A DNA stretch of 51,038 bases, taken from the NCBI GenBank assembly GCA_000388065.2, contig KB932202.1. One strand, 5' to 3'. Under the pieces are notes generated by a model, which was given only the letters and a program-made list of their open reading frames with translations, was not told the origin of the DNA and did not search any database. The stretch comes from Fonticula alba ATCC 38817 (Eukaryota > Protista > Nucleariida). Both the position numbers and the translations under genes were made by a program. This document shows positions 11,550-22,914 of this stretch, in pieces. The number at the start of each line of letters is the position of its first letter. Position 1 is the first letter of the stretch.

Positions 11550-13486
11550 ACCACTCGGCCGAATCCCCGGGCGGGTTAGGCCCATCGAATGGGCGCCCGC
11601 GCGCAGGCTCCCTCGCCGGGGCGCCAACCTCGTCGGCCAATGGGGTGCTGTCCGGCTGGCTGGGGAATGCCCTGCAGACGACATCGCGCACGGTCTTTCG
11701 TCGGACCCTACGGCCGGAACAGAAGGAGGTGTGTGCCCAAATGCCTGCCGGGTCCTTTGGCAATCATGTGCCTCCCCCCGCCCCCTCTCCCGCCTTCCTG
11801 TGCCTCTCGCTCGCAAGTACTTTGTGCCGTTTGCCGGGTCCTCACGCGCCGGCTCCCGGCCCCCGCTGCCCAGGTCCTCCTCTCGTACCTTTGGAATGGC
11901 TTCTACCTGGTGTCGTGGTTTTCCCTGTCTACCATGCTGTCCATGTACAACAAGGTTCTCCTGGGCAAGAGCCATCTCAACTTCCCCTACCCGCTGTTCA
12001 TGACGTCGGTGCACTTCTTCATGCACTACGCCGTGTCCGGGGTCATCCTGCGGCTGGCCGCCTGGTGGCATGCGCGAGGAGGCCAGGTCAATGAGGCGCT
12101 GGTCAACCGGAAGCGCATTTCCTGGGCCGACTACCGGAACAAGGTCCGTGCCCTCGCGCGGGGGAGTCCCCCCCCCCCCCTTGCTGCTGGCGTGCCGGCT
12201 CGCCCGGACTCTAACATCGCACATGGGCCTGCTGGCACGCGTGCATCCCCCGCCGCGTGCACACAATGCCGGGCCATGCCCTCGGCTAGGTGGCCCCGAC
12301 CGGCATCGCCAGTGCCCTGGACATCGGCCTCTCCAACGCGGCCCTGGCCTTGGTAACTTTGTCCTTCTACACCATGATCAAGTCCAGCGCGCCGGTCTTC
12401 CTCCTGGGATTCGCCATTGCCTTCCGCCTGGAGCCGGTATGCCATCTTGCGCTCGAACATTGCCCCCGGCCCACGCGCACACGCATGCACGCATGCACGC
12501 ACACGTATTGCCACTGCTGGCCTGCATCCTCCCGCAGGCGCGGCCACACGGGCCTGAAGCGTCTCTGACCCGGCCATCCATCATCCCCATCGCCGGACGG
12601 GGCCGCCTGGCTCACGGCGGCGCTGCCCACGCCCCCCGGCCCGTGACTCAAGCTGAGCCTCAAGCTGCTTGGGCTCATCTCTTGGATGACCATCGGCATC
12701 ATCCTGACCGCATACGGCGAAACCAACTTCAATGCCACCGGCTTCGTGCTGGTCCTGTCGGCAGCCATCCTGTCCGGCTTGCGGTGGACCCTGACGCAGG
12801 TGCTCCTGCAAAAGGAGTCCCTCGGCCTGACACACCCGCTGCTGACCTTGAACACCACGTCGCCGATCATGGGCGCGGCTCTCCTGCTGATTGCCTTCCC
12901 CCTGGAGCGGCTGTACCTGCTGCCCTGGTCGCCGTACTTCTCCAGCCTCTGGAAGACCACCGCCACGGCCGGTCTCATGGGATTCGGCGCCGTGTTGGCC
13001 TTCCTGATGCTCATCTCGGAGTTTGCCTTCGTCCAGGCGTCCGGCGCCGTGTCTCTCACGGTGGCCGGCCTGGTGAAGGAACTCCTCACCGTCAGTGTCG
13101 GGTGTGTGGTGTTCGGCGACCAAATCGGCATGATCAATGCCGCGGGCATGGTCATCGTCATGATCGGCGTGTGCCTCTATCAGATGCTCAAATGGCGCAA
13201 GGCCATGGCCGCGGCGCGCGATCGCGAAGATCTGGCCCAGGCCGCGGCCGATGGCTCGGAGCTGCTCGTGCTTCCGGCGGCCGGCCCGGGACCGGCGGCC
13301 TCGGCCGGCCAGCTGACAGGCCTGGCGGCGGAAATCCTCCGGAAGGAGGAGATCGAACTCCTGCCGCTGTACCACCAACAGCCACGTCGTGCCATGCCGT
13401 CGGCTGCCATTGTCCCTGCCGCGCCTGCCGCCATCACTACCACCATTGCCACTGCTTCTAATGCCGTGGCTCCGGGCGTCTCCTGA
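10580..13486 (+). CDS. SLC35C2: SLC35C2-like / TPT-family (nucleotide-sugar transporter superfamily) membrane protein with a long N-terminal extension; 4 exons, ~799 aa
   Basis: Exons 10580-11728, 11874-12143, 12290-12436, 12653-13486 (2400 nt). Motifs WFSLSTMLSMYNK, FPYPLFMTSVHF, GIASALDIGLSN, LSFYTMIKSSAPVFLLGFAIAFRLE, SGLRWTLTQVLLQK and SLTVAGLVKE, with multiple hydrophobic helices. The start is the first ATG after an N-gap. Confidence 0.85.
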
Positions 13487-14447
13487 GCGGCAAAACACTC
13501 CCGGCCACAGCAGGAAGAAAAAAGGCGAGGGCGTGTGCCAGGCGATTTGGAGAAGTGGCCAGGGGGAAGAAGGACCGAACGAGGCGCCGGAGGCAGTGGG
13601 NNNNNNNNNNNNNNNNNNNNNNNNNNNNNNNNNNNNNNNNNNNNNNNNNNNNNNNNNNNNNNNNNNNNNNNNNNNNNNNNNNNNNNNNNNNNNNNNNNNN
13701 NNNNNNNNNNNNNNNNNNNNNNNNNNNNNNNNNNNNNNNNNNNNNNNNNNNNNNNNNNNNNNNNNNNNNNNNNNNNNNNNNNNNNNNNNNNNNNNNNNNN
13801 NNNNNNNNNNNNNNNNNNNNNNNNNNNNNNNNNNNNNNNNNNNNNNNNNNNNNNNNNNNNNNNNNNNNNNNNNNNNNNNNNNNNNNNNNNNNNNNNNNNN
13901 NNNNNNNNNNNNNNNNNNNNNNNNNNNNNNNNNNNNNNNCCGCCGGCCCGCCCCGCTGGCACGGGGAGAACAGAGGCCGAAAAACGCGGGGGGGGGGGGG
14001 GGGGGGCGGAGAGTGGCGAGCGAGAAACCAACTATGAGAGAATGGACAGGTGCTCCGGTTCGTGGCGCCATGCCGGTCCCCGGACGCAAGGGCATCGGCG
14101 GCCGGAGAAGAGCCCGAAAGCCGCGGCGGCAGGGCCACACCGCTGGCCGGTCGGGAAAAAAACTCCTCGAGCCCTGGGGCCGGGCCTGCAGCCCTGCCCG
14201 ATGCCCAATGCTCAACCGTCGTCCAAGGCGGCCTGCCCCCTCCAGGCGCCTCGCTTCGGGGGTATTTTTCGGCCGCGTAAAACGGCCACATCCGCAGCGC
14301 ATCCGCATCGATCCTCCCCCCCCCCCCTTGGCAACTTGCATCCCCTCCCCCTCCCCCTCTCCACCTGTCTGGCTGCGTCTCCTTTCCATCGGGCCCCCTT
14401 CTTGTAGCTGCACCCTCGCCGCTGCACACACGCGGCTGGTCAAACCC

Positions 14448-17400
14448 ATGAGCGGTTCCTCGCGGAAGACGCGCCGGACGCCGAGCGCGTCAGCATCCCG
14501 CGCGTCACCGCCCCCACAAGCCCCCTCCGGCCGGCGGACAAGCCCCCGGAAGGTGCGCCCGGTGACCGGGCGCCTCGCCCGGCGTCTGGCGTATGATCGA
14601 ATTCTGGAGCCCGGCTTCCGGGCCAGCAGCCTGGATGCTGATCAGCTCCGCCACCTGCTGGCCGATGTTGGGGCCCGGCAAATCCCTACCCAGGCAACCA
14701 AGGTACGCCGCCGTCAGCCTTCCTCCCTCGCATGCCATGCTTCGGCCATTTGGAGGAACATGGAGCCCCCCCCCCCCCTCCCCCTCCCTGGACCTGCTCT
14801 GGCCCCTCTCTGACATTTTCCCCCAGAGTGACCTTGTGCGCATGCTGGACCAGGTCATTGATGATACCCCCTCGGACTTTGAGGTGTCCTCGGGCGAGGA
14901 TTCCGACCTAGATGACAGTGCCCCGCCGGGCACCGCCCGTCAGCAGCCCCTCGCTCTGGAGGATCTCCTTTCCGAAAGCCAGGGCGGCACCGGGCGTGCG
15001 GCCTCCCGGAGGCAACGAGATCCGGCGACCAGTCCGGCCCTGGCGCCGGCTTCGGACTCGGCCGCCAAGAAGCGCCCGGCCGAAGATAGCCCCGATCATG
15101 GGTCCAAGCGCCGGGCATCATCTCGGTCCGCCACCGCCGCCGTCGCCGCCGCCGCCGCCAAAGAGGCGCTCCCTGCATCGGACCAGGAGATGGCCTCGGC
15201 CTCTGAGGAGGCCCTTTCTCCCGAGCCACGCGCCAGCCGCAAGCGCAAGACCACAACTCCGGCCAATCCCCCGGGCGTAGACTCCCCACGTAAGGTGTGT
15301 TTTTGCTTGGCCCTGCTCCACACTCCGGGCCTCTCCTTCCGTGACTCAATCTGACAACGGCCCATCCGCCGCACTCCCTTCCCGGACCGACAGTCTTCCC
15401 ATCGGAGCACGGCGGCCCCCGCGGCCGGCTCGCCTGCCCTGCTAATCCCCCACCTGGTTTCGCACTCACCCACCCCCAGCCCCGGCGCCTCGCCGGCTGA
15501 CAGCGCTAGCCGCTCGCCGCCCGTGCCGACCATCGCCGCGGCCCAGAAGGAGGCCGTTCGCCGGGCCGTTCGTGCCTCCGTCAAGGAGCCCCTCAGCCTG
15601 ACCGAGCGGAAGCAGGCGGCCGAGCTCCGGGCCAGTGCCTTCCAGGAGGGGCCGCCCTCGCCGACGCGCCTGCAGGCGCCGGTGTCCCTGAATTTGGCCT
15701 CCTTTTTGCAGCGGTCGCCGAGCATGCGCAATGGTGTCTTCCTGGATGCCGACAGCGCGGCTGCCGGCCAGGGGCCGCGCGATGACCGGCGCTTCGCCGG
15801 CGCTCGGCACAATGACGATGACACCATCGCCTCCGAAGAGATGGACAGCGCCAGCAGCTATACCGACTCCCGGCTGACCAGCAGCAGCAGCGGCAGCAGC
15901 AGCAGCGATGACAGCGACCCTTCCGCCAGCGATGGCCCCAGCATCTCCGATGTGTCGGATGTCCTGGATTTCAGCGAAACGGAGGAGGAGCCGGAGCAGG
16001 CGGCCCGGGCCACATTGGCCCGGCCAATGATGCCGGCTGCCTCGCCGGCCCTCGGGCCCAACCATCCCCTCCGGGACCTGGACAGCCGGCTTCAACCGAC
16101 CCCGTCGCCCATTTCCCCCCTCGTGCACCGGCACATCCTACACCCGGGAGTACATCCCCATGGGCAGACGCCGCCGGTGGCGGAGTTTTCCCGGCCCATC
16201 CGACGCACCGGGTTGCCGGCCTCCCGGGCGGACCCGGCCCCGGGGTCCTCTCGGCACCTGCTGTCTCCTCACCCCGATCAGGCCGCCCGGCGGACACCGG
16301 CCCCGAGCCCGGCAGCCCCGACCCCCGGCCTGTCGCCCTTCTCGCTGGGGCACCTTTTCTCCCCGGATCGGTCACCAGCCGGGCCCGCGCGCCAGCCTAT
16401 GACCCCAAGCTCCGTCACCGCGGCCCGGCCCAATCGCCTGCTTCGCCTGGCCGGCCTGCTGTTGGCCCTGCTGGCGGCCCTCGTGGCCAGCCTGTCTCTG
16501 TACTCCTACCTTTGGCAGTTGGCCCGGTACGAGTCGCTGCCCTACTGCGACTCCCAGTCGCCGGGCGACTTGTGGCCGCCGGCCGACTGGCGGAACCAAT
16601 CCTGCCGCCCGTGCCCCTCGCCCGGGGCCATTCTCTGTGCCGGCGGGTGGCCGATGCAATGCACCCGGCGGAGCCAACAGCTGGTCCGTGGCGGCCCGGC
16701 AGTGGGTGGCCATCTCATTGGCCCGGCTGCCAGCCCCTGGCTGCGGCTCATCTTCAGCATGCTGGGCAGCTCCCGCTGGCGCTGCGTGGCCAACCCGAAT
16801 GCCGAGCACATGCGGACCCTCGTGCGCCAGGTCCTGGCCGAGGCCCATGGCCAGGCCCTGTGCAAGGAACTGCCCCCGGGGCCGGATGGCTGGCCGGTGC
16901 CGGTTTCCCGTCTGGCCCAGCTGGCCTGGCAGCACCTCCACGAGGCTGAGGGGTACATCCCGCCGGTGCTGCCGGTCAAGAGCCACGACCGGGCGGGGGG
17001 CTACTATGGCCGGCCGGCCAATGGTGCCGTCAATGGCCCGGCCTCCCGGATGTCTCTCATGCACCCGGACACCTTCTATCTGTTCTTCGAGGACATCGTC
17101 TCGGAGGCGCGTCTCCTTCCGACGACCCTGTGCCCGCGCCTGCAATTGCCCTTCAATTGCCTGCAATCGGTGGCCATGGCGGCTGCCGCCTTTCCCGGCA
17201 GCAATGGCGGTGGCGCCGGCGCCGGCGCCGGTGGTGGTGGCACTGGCCCCGGCACCCTCGGCGGGCATTTCTATGGCGGCGAGGCCGACACCTCCGGCGG
17301 GTCTCGCGGGCCTGGCATTGACAATGAGCAGCTCTACTTCCTGGCCGACCCGACGGCCGCCGGGCCGCGTAAGCTTCTCCTGGTCCCGGGGTATACGCGG

Positions 17401-18103
17401 TCTTCGGCGTGCCAGGCGCGTCGCCTGGCACGACTGGTCGGCCTGCTGGCGGCCGCCGCCCTCGGCATGTCGCTGCTGTGGCGGCACTGGCGCGAGTGGG
17501 GCGCTCGCCGGGACTGGATCGATCAGCGCACCCGCCAAACTCGCGCCCTCCTTCAAAGGCAGGCCGCCAAGGCCCAATCGCCGGACACCCCGAGCACGTC
17601 GGCCGTCCTGTCGATTGCGCAGCTTCGCGCGGCCGCCTTCGGCGAGAGTCGCCACCTGGAGGAGACTTTCTCGCTGTTCCGGCCGCGCGGCTGGCTTCCA
17701 GCGGCCCGGCGCATGGTTGGTCTTGGCGACTGGCGCCCGGCTGCCTGGCTGCAGGTATGGCTTTCAATCACCGGCTCTCGTTGTTGCTCTTTTCGCTTTG
17801 CCCCGGCCTCTCTTGCCTTTCTGACCCATGCGCGGCAAACAGGTTGTCGAAGCCATTCGCCGTGATGCGCGCATTCGCGAGATCACCCACCGCATTGCCG
17901 GCGACGACCATGACTGTTGGGAGTGGATTGCCCCGTTGGATGTGGATTTCCTGGCCCTGGCCGGTGACCTGGCCGACGGGGGACCGGCCAGCGAGCTGGG
18001 ACCCGTGGCGGCCTCTCTTGCTGGGGGCCAGCCCTCCCAGCCTGTGACCGCGCCTGCCCAGCTGGATGGGTCCTTTAGACTGCCCTCCCTCTTCCTCGGT
18101 TAG
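14448..18103 (+). CDS. SRC1: HeH/LEM-domain inner nuclear membrane protein (Src1/Heh1-2, LEM2/MAN1 family); 4 exons, ~1114 aa
   Basis: Exons 14448-14702, 14827-15294, 15394-17754, 17843-18103 (3345 nt). N-terminal HeH-like ILEPGFRASSLDADQLRHLLADVG; TM1 (LLRLAGLLLALLAALVASLSLYSY); luminal Cys motif YCDS..CRPCP..C..G..C; TM2; winged-helix end W-L-Q-V...IRRDARIRE..I.GDDHDCWEWI. Confidence 0.85.
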
Positions 18104-18473
18104 TGTCACTCTCCCCTATCATGACCCACATTACACCTTGCCTCTTGTGCTATTTCACCGCTTTGTGGCACCCTTAGACCGGGGGGGGGGGGGGGGAAGG
18201 ACGGCCCTTTGTCCGTCATGATAAAAGGTGTGGGGTAGAAACGGGGGAGGGGGAAAATGAACGTGAAGAGAAAAAGAGGGGGGGGAGAGAGAGAGAGAGT
18301 ATGGCACAGGGCTCGGTGGCAGGGTGCTCCCACCTGTGGGGATCTCTATTTTCAAGGCGGTCGCGCCTGCTGAAATGGGAGAGGGAAGAAGACCATGGAA
18401 ACGGACATTCCTCGTCCATAAGCATTTTGAACTTTCACCCTCTTCGTGCATCCTCCAGCCCTCCGGAGGGTGT

Positions 18474-19757
18474 CTACTGTTGCTGGGGCTCCGGGAAGCG
18501 CAGAGGCCCGGCCTCGGTGGACTTGCGGTCGTGCAAGTACTTGCTGCCAGCCGGCGGGAAGCGCATGTCGCATCCCAGCAGCCGCGCCCGGATGGTTGCA
18601 TTGAACAGGGCATCCAGACACTCACATTGGGTCTTGGCATCGCGCCAGGAACGTCCCCACACGTAGAGACCATGGCGCCGGACCAGGACCGCCGGTGCCT
18701 CGGGATGCCGGCGAATGGCCTCGGACAGGGACTCCTCAAGGTCACGCTCCTTTTGAAGGTAATGGGAAGAGATCATGCACGGGCGCGGGGGTCAGCACTG
18801 AGGTAGCTCAATGCGCGAGCTGCTTTTCGGCGTCGAGGGACATGACGAAGTCCGAGAGAGGGAGAGAGAGAGGGGGGGGGGGCGGGGGGTAGATAGGAAG
18901 AAGGAGAAGGAGGAGGCAAGAAACACACCTGCGGGGTGTTGTCGATGATCGGGATGACAAGCTCATCCTGGTAGCGGTGATATTCGCCGCTGTTGCGCCG
19001 AATGCCCTTGATCATTTCATGATGCGTGATGACGAAGGCATCCTCGCCGCGCAACTCGCACAGGATGGTCACGTCCACGGCCTCCGGGCTGTGGGTGTGG
19101 ATGACCGACCCGACCTCGGCCCCGGGACGGTCGATGCCGATGCGGTAGGCCGCCAGGAAGAGCGGCGTGCACTGCGATGGGCGCAAGGGCCCGCTGCAAG
19201 CCGGGGGGCTGATCAGCGGCTGGAAGCTCGGATAGTCCAGGACAAACATGTTGATTGGGTGCAGGCGCTCCTTTTGCACGCCGGAAGGCGCAATGTAGAT
19301 ATTGTGTCTGTGGAAGGCGCGCGCACACACATACACACACGCAGACACACATACGCACGCACACACGCGAGAGGGGGCGAGACAGGGAGAGAGAGAGAGA
19401 GAGAGAGAGAAAGGGGGGTGTCAGTTTCTGGCGGGGGACAGGGGGGCGGCCCACCAGCATGGACAATGACAGGGAGGAGGGGGCCAAGAGGGGAACACAC
19501 CCGTCGCGGATGCTCACGCCGCCGCCAGTGCCTGTGACCCAGCCAAGGTGGTAGAACTGCTTGCAAAGCTCCGCAATCAGCAGCCGGGTGTCAGCCTCCT
19601 CGGCGTCACGCTGGTCATGGCTGCTCCAGGGGCCGGCGGCGCGCTCACGCGCTGGCTCCAGGGCATTCGAGGTATGGCCGGAGGCCGAGCAGCAGAAGGG
19701 GACCGCGGAGCAGCAGCGCCCCGGTCCGGCGACCAGAGAACCGTCCTGGGAAGACAT
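18474..19757 (-). CDS. APIP: Methylthioribulose-1-phosphate dehydratase (methionine salvage; APIP/Mde1/MtnB); 3 exons, ~303 aa
   Basis: Exons 19501-19757, 18929-19307, 18474-18749. Motifs [40 protein letters not shown], zinc-ligand [26 protein letters not shown] and [11 protein letters not shown]. Confidence 0.95.
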
Positions 19758-19774
19758 GTGTGGAGCGAGACGGG

Positions 19775-19775
<1 letters not shown>

Positions 19776-19844
<69 letters not shown>
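19776..19844. repeat. G35-A-G33 homopolymer tract
   Basis: Read directly; ends 19 bp upstream of the APIP ATG. Confidence 0.9.
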
Positions 19845-19845
<1 letters not shown>

Positions 19846-20752
19846 GGTCGAGTCGGGCGCAAAGGAGGAAGAGGGATGGCTCATCGCTTGTGGATCCCGG
19901 ACCGCGGGACGGGCGGTCGGGACGCCTCCTCTTGGACCAGCGCGGCGAGGCCCATGCGCCCTCTGTGCTGGAAGCCACACAAGATCGAGGGGGCTCTCGC
20001 GACCTCGGAGGGGGAGGCTGGCTCGGCCAAGGACGGCGCCCGATCGGCCCGCCGACAGCCAACGGACCCGAGCCATTGGACCAGCTCTAAACCGGGCAAG
20101 CGGCCCGGGCGGCTTGCTCCCGGTTGTCCCGCTCCCCGGCCGAGTGGCGAAGACACTCGGGTCCCCCACTCGGGACCTCGGCCATCCCCCCCTTTTCCCA
20201 TGGCCACGCCCCGCCCCCTTCACCGCCGTCTCCGCTCATTTTCCTACCCGAAGGGTGGCACGGCCAATGGGGCCCCTGGCGTGCACAGGGGGGGATCCAC
20301 ACTGTGGAGAGAGTACAAGGCGGACCCTTCAGTGGATTTCGGCATTTTTATTGGGCCTACAGCAGGGGGGAACCGGGCAACGCCGACCGGACCACGGTGG
20401 GCGTTAAAAAGGTCCCCTGTAAGAAGGCAGGGGATTGGGAGGGGGGGGGGGGATGTGCATGGCACGCTACGTCTGTCCGGCAAAAACATCTGTCCAAGGC
20501 TCCTCTCTCCCCTCTGCGCGCGTCAGACGTATGGAAGAAGAGAAAGAACACACGCCGAGAGCGGAGCTGCCTGTCTTCCTTCTACTTGGCATCCTCGCAC
20601 TTCAGACATTGAAGAAAAGGTTGAAGGGGAAGTCGTCCCGACGGAGGAGGTAGAGTCGATGGGACGGGAGAAAAGACGAGCAGGAGAGATATATATATAT
20701 ATATATCGACAGCGGATGGATGAAGGGGCACGAATGCGGGCGCAGGCCCTCT

Positions 20753-21792
20753 TTACTCGTCGTTGGCCGGGGCAGCAGCCTCGTTGGCAGAGGACTCGGT
20801 GGACTCCTCCTCGGGCTTCTCCTCCTGGCCCTCGGTGGCATCGACGGTGCCCTCCTCGGTGTTCATGTCGTTGAGGCCCCACTCCTCGTTCTGCTCCCAG
20901 GTGCGCTCGTAGGTCTCGAAGTGCATGTGCGGGTCGGCATCCGGGGCATAGATGTTCTGCAGGTGCGAGGCACCGAGCGGGTCATCCAGGATGAAGGTGA
21001 AGGGGATGATCTCGCCGGCGATCATGCTGCGGATGCTGGCCAGGAACTTCTCCACCTCATCGGGCAGGGGAGCCAGGGAGTCGCCACCGGCGGCACCACC
21101 GCTCCGGCCGGACGCCGACTGGAACGAGTCACCGGCCAGGAAGGGGTTGGACTTGAGCTCGTCATGGATCTGCAGGAGGATGCCCTCGAGGGTGGTGAAG
21201 CGCCCGCCGAGAGTACCGGCACCGGCATCGAGGCCAATCTCCGGGATGCGGATGGAAGCCGAGGCGGACTTGAGCACATCGCGCGAGAGGTCCTCGGCAT
21301 CGGTGACCTCGAGGGTAATCCGACGCCCGGTCTCGGAGATGGCACCGCCGGACTTCACCTCATTGCTCTTGAAGCCGCAAGCGTCGCAGTTGGTGGCCAT
21401 AATGATGACCTCCTTGAAATGGGGAACATTGACCATCTGCATGACCGTGCGGGCCAGAGCACCGCAGCTGTTGCAGTTGGAAGAGAAGGTCATCAGCTCC
21501 TCAGGAGCCTCTGCCGGGGGGGGGGGGGGGGGGGGGAGGAGGAGGAGAGGGGAGGAAGAAACGGTCAGCAAAGGGAGGGTCCGGTCATCAGAGCACCACA
21601 TGTCGGAGGATGAAAGAGAGAGAGAGAGGGGGGGGGGCGAAACAGACAGATCGGCCCATCGCGCACCATTGAGGTAGACATCCGGGGCATCGTTGATGCC
21701 GAGAGTCTTGTTCTGCTCGGACGTGCGAATGTAGGTGCGCTGGGCGATCTTCGGGTCGGTGGCGGGGAAGAAGCTGGATGTGCGCGCGCAGC

Positions 21793-21824
<32 letters not shown>

Positions 21825-22914
21825 TGATGTAGGGTCGAGGGTAAGGAAAGGGGCACACTGCCAGCACCAATGGAGAGACGAAAGACAAAGCATATGCATG
21901 CAGAAGTGGGGCTGGCTGGCCGGCTGGGACAAACGCACAAGTTCTCGATGTAGCTGTTGCCCGAAGGGTCATCAATGGTGATGGTGTAGCCGGTGACGGC
22001 CTCGCCCTCGGCGTTGGTATACTCCTCCAGGGCCAGGATCTTCCGGCCGCGCGCAATGAAGGCAGCAATCTGGGCATGCGCCTCCGGGTCGGCCTCCAGA
22101 CGGTCGGGCTGGTAGAGCTCGAGCTTGTCGAGAACCTGCATGAGGACGCCCTCGGCCGTGTCGAGCGCGCCGTTCTCGGAGTTGGGCGGGATCTCCAGGT
22201 CCAGCTCGGGGATGGAGATGGTGGCGAACTCCGAGTAAACAACCTGGCGAGTCAGATCCTGCAGGGCCCGCCACAGGAGGCAGCCCGAGGTGGGGGGGGG
22301 GGGGGGGGCAGATGGAGGAAGTGGGCAGGGGAGGGTTTCGGAGTCAGCAGCGGGCCGGGCCCAGGGCAGAGCCCAATGTGGAGAGAGGGCCGCGACAGGA
22401 GGCGGGCCAAGCCGCTCGAGTGTGGCACGTACCCGGGGCTCGTCGATCTTGCAGGAGATGCGAACACCACGCTCGCCCATCTCGCGGGTGCTCATCAGCT
22501 GCGAGTTGCGGAAGTGGCAGTGGGGGCAGGTGAAGGACATGAGAACCACCTCGCGGAAGTGCGGAATGCGGATCATGAGCAGACGGGTCTCGCCCTGAGA
22601 TGGACATGGAGCAGGGGGTTGGCCCGATAACCCGCCGGGAGGGGTCAAATGGTCGGGGGAGTGAGTGCGACCGGGCAGGGAAACCCAACAACGGGGAAAG
22701 GAGGCCAAGAGGGGCAGACACAAAGCAACAGCGGCCGGACCTTCTCGTGGCAGGACATGCAGAGGCTCTCGATCACGGAGGCCTCCTCCACCTCGCCGGG
22801 GTTCTGGTACAGGTAGATGGGCTGGTTGTCATCCTGCTCCTCCTGGCTGGCGTCCGAGGCATTGCCCTGCTGCTCGTCGGGGATGGGGGAGGCCGGCCGC
22901 GAAGTACCGGTCAT
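20753..22914 (-). CDS. ZPR1: ZPR1 zinc finger protein; 5 exons, ~506 aa
   Basis: Exons 22741-22914, 22433-22594, 21939-22258, 21667-21773, 20753-21510. Two C4 zinc fingers (CMSC..CPHC; CNSC..CDAC), each followed by an A domain. Motifs IPHFREV, DLTRQVVYSE, DDPSGNSYIEN, VPHFKEVIIM, DLSRDVLKS, GGRFTTLEG and YERTWEQNEEWGL. Confidence 0.96.

Noticed and set aside
9200-12094. ORFs of 572 and 888 aa, and others that run through N-gaps
   Set aside because: Their length is inflated by X residues from gaps; only the part from 10580 is supported.
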